From assembly GCF_009914755.1 (NCBI RefSeq), contig NC_060936.1: a DNA stretch of 64,000 nt; one strand, written 5' to 3'. Below, piece by piece: positions 1 through 12,248 of this stretch. Source of the stretch: the human T2T-CHM13v2.0 reference genome, Homo sapiens. Each line of letters opens with the position of its first letter. Positions within the stretch are counted from its first letter, which is position 1. The position numbers and the translations under genes are program-made. Below the pieces are notes generated by a model that had not been told where the DNA came from, made no database searches, and saw only the letters and a list, made by a program, of their open reading frames with translations.

Positions 1-1733
1 AAGTCCAAAGTATCATCTGAGACAAGGCAAGTCCCTTCCACCTATGAGCCTATAAAATCAAAAGCCAGTTAGTTACTTCCTAGATACAATGGCATTACAG
101 GCATTAGAAAATGCTTCCATTCCAAATGGGAGAAATTGCCCAAAACAAAGGGGCTACAGGCTCTATGCAAGTCTGATAGCCAACAGGGCAGTGATTAAAT
201 CTTAAAGCTCCAAAATAATAGTTTTTGACTTCATGCCTCATATCCAGGGCATGCCAGTGCAAGGGGTGGGCTTGCGTGGCCTTGGGTAGCTCATTCATGG
301 GCTGGTGTTGACTGCCTGCAGCTTTTCCAGGTGCATGATGCAAGCTGTTGGTGGATCTACCACTCTGAGGTCTGGAGGACAGTGGCCCTCTTCTCACAGC
401 TTCACTAGGTAGTGTCCCAGTGAGGATTCTGTGTGGGGACTCCAATCCCACATTTCTCTTCTGCACTGCCCTAGCAGAGGTTCTCCATGAGGGCTCTAAC
501 CCTGCAGCAGACTTCTGCCTGGACATTCAGGCATTTCCATACAGCCTCTGAAATCTAGGTGGAGGTTCCCGAATCTCAATTCTTTGTTTATTTATGTATT
601 TATTTACTGTAGAAAGTCAAACAATATAGAGGAGATATTCTGATGTCTCTTCTTCTTCTTCTATTTTTTATTTTACTTTATCAGATACATGTGCAGAACA
701 TGCAGGTTTGTTACATAGGTATACATGTGCTATTGTGGTTTGCTCCGCTATCAATCTGTCATCTAGGTTTTAAGCCCCACATACATTAGGTATTTGTCCT
801 AATGCTCTCCCTCCCCTTGCCTCTCACCCCCTGACAGATTCTGGTGTGTGACGTTCCCCTCCCTGTGTCCATGTGGTCTCATTGTTCAGCTCCCACTTAT
901 GAGTGAGAACATGAGGTGGCCAAACCTCAATTCTTGACTTCTGTGCACCCACAGGCACAACACCACATGAAATCTGCCAAGGCCTGGGGCTTGCACCCTC
1001 TGAAGCAATGGGCTGAGCTGTTTTTAGTCATGGCTGGAGTTGAAGTGGCTGGGATGCAGGGTGCCATGTCCTGAGGCTGCACAGAGCAGCAGGGGCCCTG
1101 GGCCCAGCAAGCAAAACCATTTTTATCTCCTAGGCCTCCATGTCTGTGATGAGAGGAACTGCTGTGAAGATCTCTGACATGCCCTGGAGATATTTACCCC
1201 ATTTTCTTGGTGATTAATATTTGGCTCCTCATTACTTATGCAATTTCTGCAGCTGGCTTGAATTTTTCCCTAGAAAATTGGTTTTTCTTTTCTACCTCGT
1301 AGTCAGACTGCAAATTTTCCAAACTTTTATGCTCTGTTTTTTCTTGAATGCTTTGCCACTTAGAAATTTCTTCCACCAGATACCCTAAATCATCTCTCTC
1401 AAGTTCAAAGTTCCACAGATCTCTAGGGCAGGGGCAAAATGCCACCAGTCTCTTTGCTAAAGCATAGCAAGAGTGACCATTACTCCAGTTCCCAGTAAGT
1501 TACTCATCTCCATCTGAGACCACCTCAGCCTGGACTTCATTGTTCATCTCACTATCAACATTTTGGTCAAAGCCATTCAACAAGTCTCTAGGAAGTTCCA
1601 AACTTTCCCACATCTTCCTGTCTTCTTCTGAGCCCTCCAAACTTTTCCAACCTCTGTGCATTACCTGGTTCCAAAGTTTCGTCCGCCTTTCAAGCATCTT
1701 TATAGCAGTACCCTACTCCTGGTACCAATTTAC
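1..1733 (-). mobile_element. MaLR (THE1/MST) internal region, interrupted by an L1 at 585-919; the 3' LTR lies beyond the left edge
   Basis: Typical THE1/MST-int sequence. The minus strand starts GTAAATTGGTACCAGGAGTAGGG directly after the LTR. ORF fragments 104-526, 1236-1445 and 1500-1697 (e.g. CPCPRDLWNFELERDDLGYL) are decayed MaLR-int ORF pieces. Confidence 0.9.
585..919 (-). mobile_element. 5'-truncated L1PA 3' end (663-919) plus extra tail segment (585-662), within a ~16-bp TSD
   Basis: L1PA 3'UTR (GATACATGTGCAGAACATGCAGGTTTGTTACATAGGT...CCCACTTATGAGTGAGAACATG). TSD CCGAATCTCAATTCTT 569-584 vs CCAAACCTCAATTCTT 920-935 (14/16). Confidence 0.85.
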
Positions 1734-2086
1734 TGTACTAGTTCATTTTCACACTGCTGTAAAGAACTTCCCTGAGACTGTGTAATTTGTAAAGGAAAGA
1801 GGTTTAATTGACTCACAGTTGACATGGCTAGAGAGGCCTCAGGAAACATACAATCATGGCAGAAGGCAAAGGGGAAGCAAGCACCTTCTTCACAAGGTGG
1901 CAGGAAATAGAAGAAAGACAGTGAAGGAGGAACTGTCAACACTTTAAAACCATCAGATCTCATGGGAACAGCATGGGGGAAACCACCACCATGATCATCC
2001 AGTCATGTCCTACTAGGTCCCTTTCTTTACATGTGGGGATTACAATTCAAGATGAGATTTGGGGACACAGAGCCAAACCATATCCA
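1734..2086 (-). mobile_element. MaLR 5' LTR (THE1D/MSTA-like)
   Basis: Minus strand begins GATATGGTTTGGCTCTGTGTCCCCAAATCTCATCTTGAATTGTAATCCCC and ends ...TAGTACA, abutting the internal region. Confidence 0.9.
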
Positions 2087-2263
2087 TACCCAATACAATG
2101 TAAATTCTGTATAAATATTTGTTATACTGTATTGTTTAGAGCATAATGAAGAGAAAAAGAGTCTACATGTTCAGTACAGATGTACATTTTTTAAAGAATA
2201 TTTTCAATTTGAGGTTGGTTAAATCCATGAATGTGAAGCCCATGGATGTGGAGAGATGACTCT
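2087..2263. mobile_element. MER2 (TcMar-Tigger) fragment
   Basis: Terminal GTTGGTTAAATCCATGAATGTGAAGCCCATGGATGTGGAGAGATGACT resembles the MER2 end. Confidence 0.65.
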
Positions 2264-2601
2264 GTGTAAAAAATGCAGTGACTAATCAATGAGGTGCTCA
2301 GAGGAAACTTTAAAGATTAAAGGAGCCCTTCTAATTGATTTATTTGAAATAAGTGCTTCTATCAATTGAATATTTTAAAAAATTCCCAGAAATTAAAAAA
2401 ATTGAATAAATACTTTTGATATGTTAAAGATGATAATCTTATAGAAACTTAAACGGTCAAAGAGTCTGAGTTTACATGCTTTCAGTGAAATTTTGCAAAT
2501 GAGACTTATTTTTGGCTTAATGAAAAAGTTATATTTTCTCTGATTTATCAGGGTAAAGTATAATAGAAGCTTATGATTTTATTCTAATTGGGTATATTCT
2601 T

Positions 2602-2900
2602 TTTTGTTTGTTTGTTTGTTTGTTTGTTTTGAGACGGAGTCTCGCTCTGTCGCCCAGGCTGGCACAATCTCGGCTCACTGCAAGCTCTGCCTCCCGGGTT
2701 CACGCCATTCTCCTGCCTCAGCCTCCCTAGTAGCTGGGACTACAGGCGCCCATGACCATGCCTGGCTAATTTTTTGTATTTTTAAGTAGAGATGGGGTTT
2801 CACCATGTTAGCCAGGATGGTCTCGATCTCCTGACCTTGTGATCCACCTGCCTTGTGATCCAAGTGCTGGGATTACAGGCGTGAGCCACCGCGCCCAGCC
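2602..2900 (-). mobile_element. AluY
   Basis: Y diagnostics (GCAAGCTC, GTTCACGCCATTCTCC, GTTAGCCAGGATGGTCTCGATC), (GTTT)n tail, 17-bp TSD TAATTGGGTATATTCTT at 2585-2601 and 2902-2918. Confidence 0.93.
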
Positions 2901-3852
2901 TTAATTGGGTATATTCTTAAACTTACACAGGTTAACTGATCAAATAAACTAGGCTTACTTCTATTTAATACTTATGGTTATGAAAAATATGTATTTGTGT
3001 TGACTTATTCTGAAAAATTTTACTTCAACACTAATTATGTTTTGTAGTGTTAGACTATTAATTTCCAAGATATTTGGAACTATTAAATTTAGTTAATGAA
3101 TAGATAGTCATTGGATGACAATATAATTTCTGAGTAAGATAGCATATTAAAACGTTAATTATTAAGCATAACTTAAAGTTTGTATACTTTTGCTTCTTAT
3201 TTTTATATGCTATCTTTGTGCCTGTTAATGAATGTAATCATTTTTGCCACTTTGAGAAGTTGTATTAGCGTTGTGTGTAGCTGTAGAAAATTGTGTTATA
3301 TTCATGGGCTCTGCTAGTCTGCAAAGTGCTGATGTGTGACAGTGGACAATTATCCACACTTCCTGCTTACCCCAGTTTTCTCTGGGAAATAAGGTTACTT
3401 TGGTTAAAAGTTATAACTGAATATACCTGAATGAGACTCTATTAGGAATAATCTTGGCAGAGAGGTATGTGTTTTTATGCAAGTTAATAATATATGTTTT
3501 TGTTAAGGGAAAAAGAAGATTGTAGTATGTGTAAATGCTTCTGAAAAGCTATAAAATATATTAGAATCTTAGCAAAATTTGTTCAATTTTGATGACCTTG
3601 TTTCCTTGTTTTACTGCTTATTGTCTTCACCTATAATATAAAGGTTATTTATTTATTTCTTGTCTCATTGATTTATCCTCTAGGAAAAAGAGACCAGTAG
3701 ATCTTCACTTCAAGGGAATTCTGGATTTTGATTTTTTTCCCTTGCCTTATGTCTCTTTATTCATGCTTATAAGAGGTGTGAAAAGTTGGGGGAATCCTAC
3801 CTGGTATGGTTAAGAGAATAGCAAGCAATTTAGACAATGCCATGAAGGCCAC

Positions 3853-4412
3853 TGCAGGGTACCAGAATTGTCACCCCAAAATATGTCACTTTGGCATAAG
3901 AATTATTTTGAGCTGAAGGAAACTGAGAAATAGCAGGCACAGGAAGAATTCTCTGCTCTCCCCTTTTTTGCTTAAAAGCAGGACTTATATTTCCCTTTGT
4001 AAAACTGACATAAATTTCTATTTGTAAAGGTGTTCCCCGTATTAGGAAGAGAAGGATGACTCTCTTCATAACAAACCTTACTAAACAACCCTTATTTACC
4101 ATACAAGTTCTAGTCACCTTCCCACAGTTTGCTGCCCCTAGGAGCCTAAACCCCAACTTTCCTTTGTCTTGTTACTTCTCTCACGCAGGATTTAGTGCCC
4201 GTTGTTAAAATGGTATATAATCCTCCAGGGCTAACTGCTTGTTTGGGGTCTTCACTTGTAAAAATGCCTCTGTCTACATAAAAATTAAAATATTAACATC
4301 AAATAAAATTTGTATGCCTTTTTCCTCATTTAATCTGTCTTTTGACAGATTAATTCACAAGTCCCACTCACAGTACCTGAGAGTAGAGAAAAAGGTTTCT
4401 TTTTCTCCTCTA
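3853..4412 (+). mobile_element. ERV1 solo LTR, MER34-like
   Basis: Starts TGCAGGGTACCAGAATTGTCACCCCAAAATATGTCACTTTGGCATAAG. TATA-like GGTATATAA near 4212 and AATAAA near 4302. Confidence 0.7.
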
Positions 4413-5019
4413 AGCCACAGAACTCCTCATCCAAGAAGATGATGAAATTGGACAAGTGGTGGGTTCAGAACAGATCTGCTTTAGACATCATACTGGACTC
4501 TGGAGGAAGAACATGTGCTGTTTTAGGAGAAGAATGTCATATGTAAATCTCTGCAGACCTCTCTTAGATTTTTAATATTAATAAAAAGATCTGGGGAAGT
4601 AAACAAAGAAATCAGAAACTTAGGTCATTTGGTTAACAACTCCATGTCTGGTCCTGTGAACTCTTCAGATTGGGGGATGGGATCTGTTCTTTTAGTGTAA
4701 CCTGGATGCCCTTGGCTCCTGACTGAGAAGTGAAGAACAAACTGAACATAATCCTGGTTTAGTATTTGTCTGTGTGGCAGGGTTCACATGTGTGATCTCT
4801 GGAGTCATAAATGCTGTTCCTCAGCAGCTGTCCCATCAAATGTTCTGGCAAAAGGAAGGCAGAAAGAACTGGAAAATCTGATCCTTTTAGAGGTTGAAAC
4901 AACCACCTCCAGAAACTTAGATGCAATTATTGATAGAATCTTGATATGCAATTATGACACCTCTAATAGTGGTAAAGAGCTGGATTGATTACATCCTCAG
5001 AAATCAATGGTTTATCCTT

Positions 5020-6119
5020 CAACTGAGGCTGAAAAATGACCTCAGGAGGGGCTGAGAACAGAAGTCTCCTTACCTCATATTCAGGCTGGGTGCTGAGAAC
5101 CAAACACACCCTACTCTGCATTAACATGACATTGTGCTATTCTTGTGTCTTCATTAGAGTGGGCTACACAGGCAGATGTTGATTATTAAAACTTCCTGAA
5201 GATTCTTCACCTCTCTTGCTTTGAAATTGTCACGTTGCTGTTTCTAGCAATTCTGAACTGTTGTACCATGAACCTTACCCAATCCTAATCATATCTGGGC
5301 TTTCAAAGCCCACCTTAAATCAACTTCCAATTCTTAATAAATTCTGACCTCACCTTCTTCCTGCAAGACACGGCCACAGCTTTGCTAGGTGGTATTGTTA
5401 CAGTAGATAGTTAGGCAATGGTGAGCAGAGCAGGAGAGCCCCGCGAACTCCCAGCCCAAGAATGTCAGGTGACCATCAGGTGATGGTTAGGCAGTTGTTA
5501 AACTGTCTCTAAAATGATAATTGGTCCCAGCCAACGCCGGGGAAAGGCAGTCTCCCAGTAGACAGAAAACACCTGAAGCTGCTGATCAGTAGCTTCCCGA
5601 TAAAATCTCAGGAGCTGGGTAAGCGGGCTCAAGCATGCGCACTAAGAGGCAAAATGGTGGAGTTTAACTGGTGTTTGACCTTCCTCTAGGAACGCTTGAC
5701 TGGTAAGGGAAGAGCGCGGCGTATGAGCATGTACACAACTAAAGTAAACACACTGCGCATGCAACACCCCCAGGGCTGGCAGGCCATTACGCATGCAGAA
5801 TGCCAGCGTATAAAACCCTAAGTTAAAGGTCAAACTGCAGACTTGAATCTCTCAAGTGGCCCCCTTGGCCCTCTTACAAGTGTACTTTACTTTCTTTCAC
5901 TCCTGCTCTAAAACTTGCCTCCGTCTCTCACTCTGTCTTATGCCCTTTCCTTTGCCTTATGTCAAATTCTTTCTCTGAGGAGGCAAGAATTGAGGTTGCT
6001 GTAGACCCGTATGGATTTGCTGCTCCTAACAGTGTTTCCTTTACTGCAGTAAGCAATGAACTCAGCTTTGTCTTATCAAGAGGTTGTGTCTGTGGTATTA
6101 GCGGAGCCAGCCTTTGACA
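5020..6119 (+). mobile_element. Older ERV LTR (MER31/MER67-like, subfamily uncertain) split by the MER50-like LTR
   Basis: LTR-type U5 end TTACTGCAGTAAGCAATGAACTCAGCTTTGTCTTATCAAG...CCTTTGACA resumes right after 6031. Confidence 0.45.
5396..6031 (+). mobile_element. ERV1 solo LTR, MER50-like
   Basis: TG...CA termini (TGTTACAGTAGATAGTTAGGC ... GGATTTGCTGCTCCTAACA), TATAAAA near 5809, flanks GTAT/GTGT (3 of 4 TSD match). Confidence 0.8.
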
Positions 6120-6464
6120 GATGTTACAATTGGTTTAAAGGAGAAGTCAAACCACAAAGACTTTTATAGATCAGAAATAATGAAATAAATTTGCAAGCGA
6201 CTGCAAAACTGGCTTTATTGTCGGGGGAAGAGACAGGTTCTCTCCCTAACAGACAGAATTTATTTTCATGTCTATAGACAAAATTACTGAATGTAAGTAC
6301 TGTAATTACTACAGTACTTAAATGACTGTAACTTTATTAGGCAGTAATACAGTTACAGAGCTCCCATAGAATCAGAATCAGATTATCTGGAAGGTTATAC
6401 CCTAGACAATGCATAGTTTTCCATTGAAGCATAAATTTTTCCCTAAACTAGGTTCTGGGTGTGC

Positions 6465-6577
6465 TGTTCTAGGGGATTTCCCAGACATTATTGCGTTTAA
6501 TCTTTACCACACCCTACAAGATGAATATTACAATTTCCTTTCTTTCAAAATGAGGAAACTGAGGCTCAGTGAGGTTT
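6465..6577 (-). mobile_element. MIR fragment
   Basis: MIR core AAATGAGGAAACTGAGGCTCAGTGAGGTT. Confidence 0.7.
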
Positions 6578-7715
6578 TTCAAAAACCACAAAAATGCTCT
6601 AATAACGTGTAATATATTTTGGTTAATGCAAACATCATATACTGAAAGGAAAAACTAAAAATTTTTGAATGGCAAGGAGAGAATTACTGGGTGTCATATG
6701 GCTGGTGTCATATGGCTGGGTGCTATCCAGTACTTTAATTTGGGTTCTTTAAGTTCATAGTAGTCTGCGCCTTTCACTGTCTTTGAGCTATTTTATAACT
6801 CTGTAAATGAAAAAAAAAAAAAAACCATAGTAATGTAAATGATTCTCATCCACAGTCAATGCAAATGAATGTTTGGTGGAGAAAACCAGTCTTGCATCTA
6901 TTAACAAATGCATTTCCTCATTGCTGGGCATTTCTGATTGCCTACATAGGCGTCTGGTCTTTGAATTCTCCTTTGAACCAGTTTAACACCTTAGGGTTTC
7001 CTCATTAATTGGTGAATAAAATAAAACCTTTGACGTGTTCATTTTCTATTTGTATGACAGTCATGATTTTTACTCTTTAAGAAAATGTCTTTTAAAAAAC
7101 AGTCAGAAATGACTTTAGCTGTGGGGCCACTTAATGTTTTGGGCCATAGGGAAGGTTAGCAGCTAATCTAAGGCTCTCCCTGCTCTGAAATTATTAGATT
7201 TTATGACCACATACCTGACATTCCTAGAGTTGCATGTTAAGCCATCTATTGTTTTCTTTCCAGAGCTATCTGATAGCACAGGCTGTCTGTGAAATACAGT
7301 CTGAGCAATTAGGCCTAGCTAACGTCTTCCTGACTGAAATGCCAGTACAAATATCTGACAGAAGCATGTGATTGAAAATAAATAGGGGCCAATTAATGGG
7401 AACTAATTTGGTATTACAATGGAAATAGGTGACCTAATGCATTCTAATTCCAGTTAAATGTGACTAATTCCAGTTAGTGTTTGAATTTCAGATACAGTTA
7501 ACTTTAACCACTTGAGTCCTTGGAAGTTTCACAGTTATCACTAGTTATGCTGTAGAAATGTCTAGATCTTCACATGTTACCCTTGGGGCCTTTGTGACCT
7601 GGTAACTCCTGCTTCACCCTCCTGAGACCTGCATCATTAATTACTCATATAGTGTATTAAAGCTGAAATTCTTAGGTTAAAGGCATCAAAAAACTCAGAT
7701 GTTTTCAGAAAATAG

Positions 7716-8545
7716 AGTATTAATCAGGGTCTTCTTTGCTGCAAGTGACAGGAAAGTCAAACTAATTTAAGTAAAAAAAAAAAGACTTTGTTGGGTCACA
7801 TGGCAACAGTGCAGGGGCAATGTGAGTTCAGGTATAGCTAGATCCAGGGGCTCCAAACATGTCTTCAAGACCTGATATTTCTCCTTCTCTGTGTTCTGCT
7901 TCCTTTGGGTTGATTTCCTTGCTGATGGCCGTCCTCTGCTGATGGCCTTAGGTTATTCCTGGCTTGCAGGGTTGCTTCCCCAAGACCAGTGGAAAAGAGT
8001 CTGGTTCTCACCAACTCTTTCCGGTTGTTCAAACAAAAGACTCAGGATTGGCTCCAATTGGACTGATTGCCATGGCTTGGATTACGTGTCCATCTCAGAA
8101 CCAATTGCTGTGTCTAGGAGGATGTGATGTTCTGATTGGCTAGGTTTGGGTCACATGTCCAGGATTATAGCTCATGGTTGAACACCTACCCCTGTGTTCC
8201 ACCCAAAGCACAAACAAGAACAAAAAACCAAACACCACATATTCTCACTCATAGGTGGGAATTGAACAATGAGAACACATGGACACAGGAAGAGGAACAT
8301 CACACTCTGGGGACTGTTGTGGGGTGGGGGGAGCGGGGAGGGATAGCATTGGAAGATATACCTAATGCTAGATGACGAGTTAGTGGGTGCAGCGCACCAG
8401 CATGGCACATGTATACATATGTAACTAACCTGCACAATGTGCACATGTACCCTAAAACTTAAAGTATAATAATAAAAAAAAAAAAAAAAAAAAGAATGAG
8501 AGTAGAGGAGGGGAGGCTCCCAAGGGGAAAATCCAGGGAACTTGG
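7716..8545 (-). mobile_element. MLT1 (K/L-like) MaLR LTR, interrupted by the L1PA2 3' end
   Basis: TTGCTGCAAGTGACAGGAAAG and CTGATTGGCTAGGTTTGGGTCACATG motifs; the sequence resumes after the L1 poly(A). Confidence 0.6.
8215..8492 (+). mobile_element. Young 5'-truncated L1 3' end, L1PA2-type
   Basis: Near-consensus 3'UTR with GATGACGAGTTAGTGGG (GAG rather than Ta ACA or pre-Ta ACG), AAAACTTAAAGTATAAT, G-rich tract 8321-8342 and a clean poly(A). Confidence 0.9.
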
Positions 8546-8567
8546 CTGTGGGAAGCCCAAAACACCA

Positions 8568-9132
8568 TGTAAACCAAAAATAAAATTCTAAGGCCCCCCC
8601 CAACCATCTGAATGGACCCCTCCTCCCGGCCAAGGGCATTCCAGCATTGACCTGAAAATCTGGTTCAGGCCATGATGGAAGAGGAGTCGGACATGCCTCA
8701 TTATACCCCTCCAGCAGTAACATCAACGCAGACCTTAAGTTTGATAAGAAACATTTACAGTCTATTCTCTCTGAAACCTGCTACCTGGAGGCTTTATCTG
8801 CTTGATAAAACCTTGGTCTCCACAACCCTTTATCATAACCCACACATTCCTATCTCTTTCAACCAACTGCCAATCAGAAAAAATTTAAATCTACCTCTGA
8901 CCTGGAAGCCCCCACCTTTTGAGTTGTCCTAGATCATACTGATGTAAATCTTACATGCATTGACTGATGTATTATGTCTCCCTAAAAATGTATGAAAGCA
9001 AGCTGTGCCCCAGCCACCTTGGGCACATGTTCTGAGGACCTCTGGAGGCTATGTCATGGACTCATCCTTAACCTTGGCAAAGTAGATTTTCTAAATTGAT
9101 TGAAATTTGTCTCAAATACTTTTTGGTTCACA
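8568..9132 (+). mobile_element. ERV1 solo LTR, MER4 family (MER4B/D-like)
   Basis: Starts TGTAAACCAAAAATAAAATTCTAAGGCCCCCC and ends TTTTTGGTTCACA. Confidence 0.85.
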
Positions 9133-10189
9133 CTGCATAGAAATTGTAGTATCACATGTTCGCTGAAGCCCTCAGGTTACAACTCTTGTCAAATGGCCAT
9201 ACTTCTTGAGGGATCTCTCTGAGGAACAACTGTGTTGTTAATTGGTATCCAAAAACATTCATTTATTTGATCAATTAGCACTTTCTGAGAAGTTCCTGTG
9301 AGACTGACCCTGAACTTTATGTTAGGGATGCAGAAATAAAAACTATATCACTGCTGTTAGGGAGAGCATAACATTATTGCCATTTTATTATCAGGGTTCC
9401 TGGTCACTGGACAACCAAGTGAAAGCAGAGTTCAGAGGAAAATCTTCAGGTGAGATTCTACGGAACGTGAAGGAGAAGATGTTTAAACGTGTTGGGTACA
9501 ATCTATTCATATTATCTATTTGCATTTGCCATGTATTTCCAAAGTTATCTCTCACCTAGTACCTCCCTACCATCTCTTGTTCATTTGTAAGCAATCTGTA
9601 GTTGTTAAGATTGTCATAGTGAAATACTTCTGACAGAGTCATTTTTGATCTGTCCATTTTGACCCATGCTGCGTGTTTATAATGTGGAGAGTGAGCTGAT
9701 ACAGCATCTTCAACAAGCCATCGGCTGCCTAGCGAATCACTCCATTATCACTCACCTTGAAAATTGTTCTCAATGTGTTTATCATACCATTAAAAAATAC
9801 ATGGTCAAAAAAATTCCATTAGAAGAAATTCCAGGGTTTCAATGTGTCCATTGTTGGATAAGCAATTGTTTTGGTAATGTAAGAGTTGTGCATGGTAAGA
9901 CTCAAGTCTTGCTGTGATAAACGCTAGGAATAAAGGCTACATGGGACCCTGAAATTCTGTAGAGGACCCCAAGGTAGGCTGATGGTTGGGTAATTCCCTG
10001 AAGGCATTGGAGACAACGTTTGAAGGATAATGGGGAATGGATTAGGTGGAGGATGTGGAGATATGGTAGGTATAGGAAATTCCTTGTAGTGGGAGACGGT
10101 GAAGTTGTTAGAAGATGGTAACATTGATATTTAAGAATGTAATGGATACTTTGCTAAATGACTGATGTGAATCAGGTCGTTTAATACTT

Positions 10190-10370
10190 ACAGCAATTCA
10201 GTAAAGTAAAAATTATTGTTATTACCATTTTCCAGATGGGGAAATGGACTTCCTAGCTTCCCCGCTTGCTTCTCCTAACCTAGACACAAAAATTAAGTAA
10301 GTTGCTCAAAGTTACACAGCTAGAAGAGGCTAAGCCAGGATTTGAATTGTAGGATATTTAAAACCAGAGG
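10190..10370 (-). mobile_element. MIR fragment
   Basis: CCATTTTCCAGATGGGGAAA...AAGTTGCTCAAAGTTACACAGCTAG...CCAGGATTTGAA. Confidence 0.6.
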
Positions 10371-10409
10371 TCCTGCTATATTACAAGGGTTTCTGGGGAG
10401 GAAAAAAAA

Positions 10410-11750
10410 GCCAGAATGGCTGGAGCTCAGGGAGCTAGAGGAAAAAGTTTGTGAGCCAAGACTCAAAAAGTAGTTGGGGGGTCAGGCAATGGGGGGCCTT
10501 GCAGGCCTAGGGCTATGTGAGGCCATCGAAGGACTATGATGTGACTTGATTTATGTTTATAAGATCACTCTAGCTGCTGGGGTGAGAACTGACTGTAGAG
10601 GGCAAGATTTGAAGTAGGCAGACTGGTTAGGAGGCTGCAGCAATAGTCCAGGCAAGAGCTGATGCTCACTGGACTGAGGTGTGACAGTAAAAATAGACAT
10701 AAATGGAGAGACTTAAGAGACATTTAGGGGGTAAAATTGCCTGGATTTGGTGACTGGTTATGGGAAGAAAGTAGAGGGTAGCATCATGGGTGACACCCAG
10801 AGAACTCGTTGATGGAACTGGATGAATAGCGATACCATCCACTGAGTTGGGGAGACAGAATGAAGCCATGTTGGGGTATGGGCTTGGGCAGACAAGATGT
10901 TGGATTAAATCAGAGACACGATGAGTTTAGATTCCTCTGAGATGTAACGTTGGCAGTTGTAGATGTTTGTCTGGAACTCAGAGGCCACAGAACTTAGATG
11001 CACATTTGAGTACTGTATTAGATTCTTAGGGCTGCTGTGACAAATTACCACAAACTTGGCATCTTAAAACAACAGAAACTTATTCTGGCACGGTTCCGGT
11101 GGCCAGCAGTCCAAAATCAATGTGTTGGCAGTTGGTTCTCTCTGGAGGTTGCAAGGGCGAATGCATGCCATACCTCTCTCTTAGCTTCTGTTGGCTCCTG
11201 GCAACCCTTGGCATTCCTTGGCTTGGGGCTGCTTGACTCCAGTCTGCTGCCTTCATCTCCACATGGCCTTCCGCTCTGTGTGTGTCAGTATTTCCTCCTT
11301 TCCTTTCTCTTACAGGAACACTCATTATTGGATTTAGGGTCCATCCTAAACCTAAGAGGATCTAATCTCGAGATCTTTAGCTTAATTTCATCTCCAAATA
11401 ACCTATTTCCAAATAAGGTCACATCAACAGGCAATGGTTCATATTTGGACACATCTTTTTGGGACCACTCCTCAATCTACTGGAGGTGCTATGAATTTAG
11501 AGATGTCACTCAAATCCTGGAGCATGCACGCAATTTTCTCAAGAGACAATGTAGAGGAGAAGAATAGAAGGCCCAGAGCAGATACCTGGAGAACTGCATA
11601 ATTTAATGGTTGCATAATGGTGGACAAGTCTACAAAATGGAATGAGAAAAGAGCCCAGAATTGTAGAAAGAACTCCAGAAAGTGGGAGTCAAGAGAAGAG
11701 TGCATTTCATGATGGAAGGAGAAAGCAATGCTTACAAATGATCACCAGAG
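10410..11750 (-). mobile_element. L2 fragment, split by MLT1C
   Basis: L2 motifs AAGATCACTCTAGCTGCTG and GGTTAGGAGGCTGCAGCAATAGTCCAGGCAAGAG on the left; weaker L2-like sequence continues after 11480. Confidence 0.65.
11014..11480 (-). mobile_element. MLT1C-like MaLR LTR
   Basis: TGTATTAGATTCTTAGGGCTGCTGTGACAAATTACCACAAACTTGGC ... CTATTTCCAAATAAGGTCACAT. Confidence 0.8.
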
Positions 11751-11909
11751 CGCTAGGTACTTGCTTATAGTACTATTGATTATTGGCCTTTAATGTTGCT
11801 AATCTAGGGCTAATAATATATAATTATTTTAGTTTTTTTTCAATTAAAATTTAACCAGAACACCAGGCAGAATGTTAACTTCGCAGAAAGTTCAGTAGAA
11901 CATATATAA

Positions 11910-12248
<339 letters not shown>

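Noticed and set aside
104-1697. ORFs of 140, 69 and 65 aa on the minus strand
   Set aside because: Frameshifted remnants of the MaLR internal ORF, not a host gene.
6690-6717. 14-bp exact tandem duplication GGTGTCATATGGCT
   Set aside because: Ordinary slippage duplication. Similar trivial cases occur near 7444-7475 and 41610-41655.
8136-8932. 184-aa and neighbouring ORFs
   Set aside because: They span the L1 3'UTR, poly(A) and MER4 LTR; repeat-derived.
11037-11567. 176-aa ORF
   Set aside because: Lies almost wholly within the MLT1C LTR and has a GTG start.
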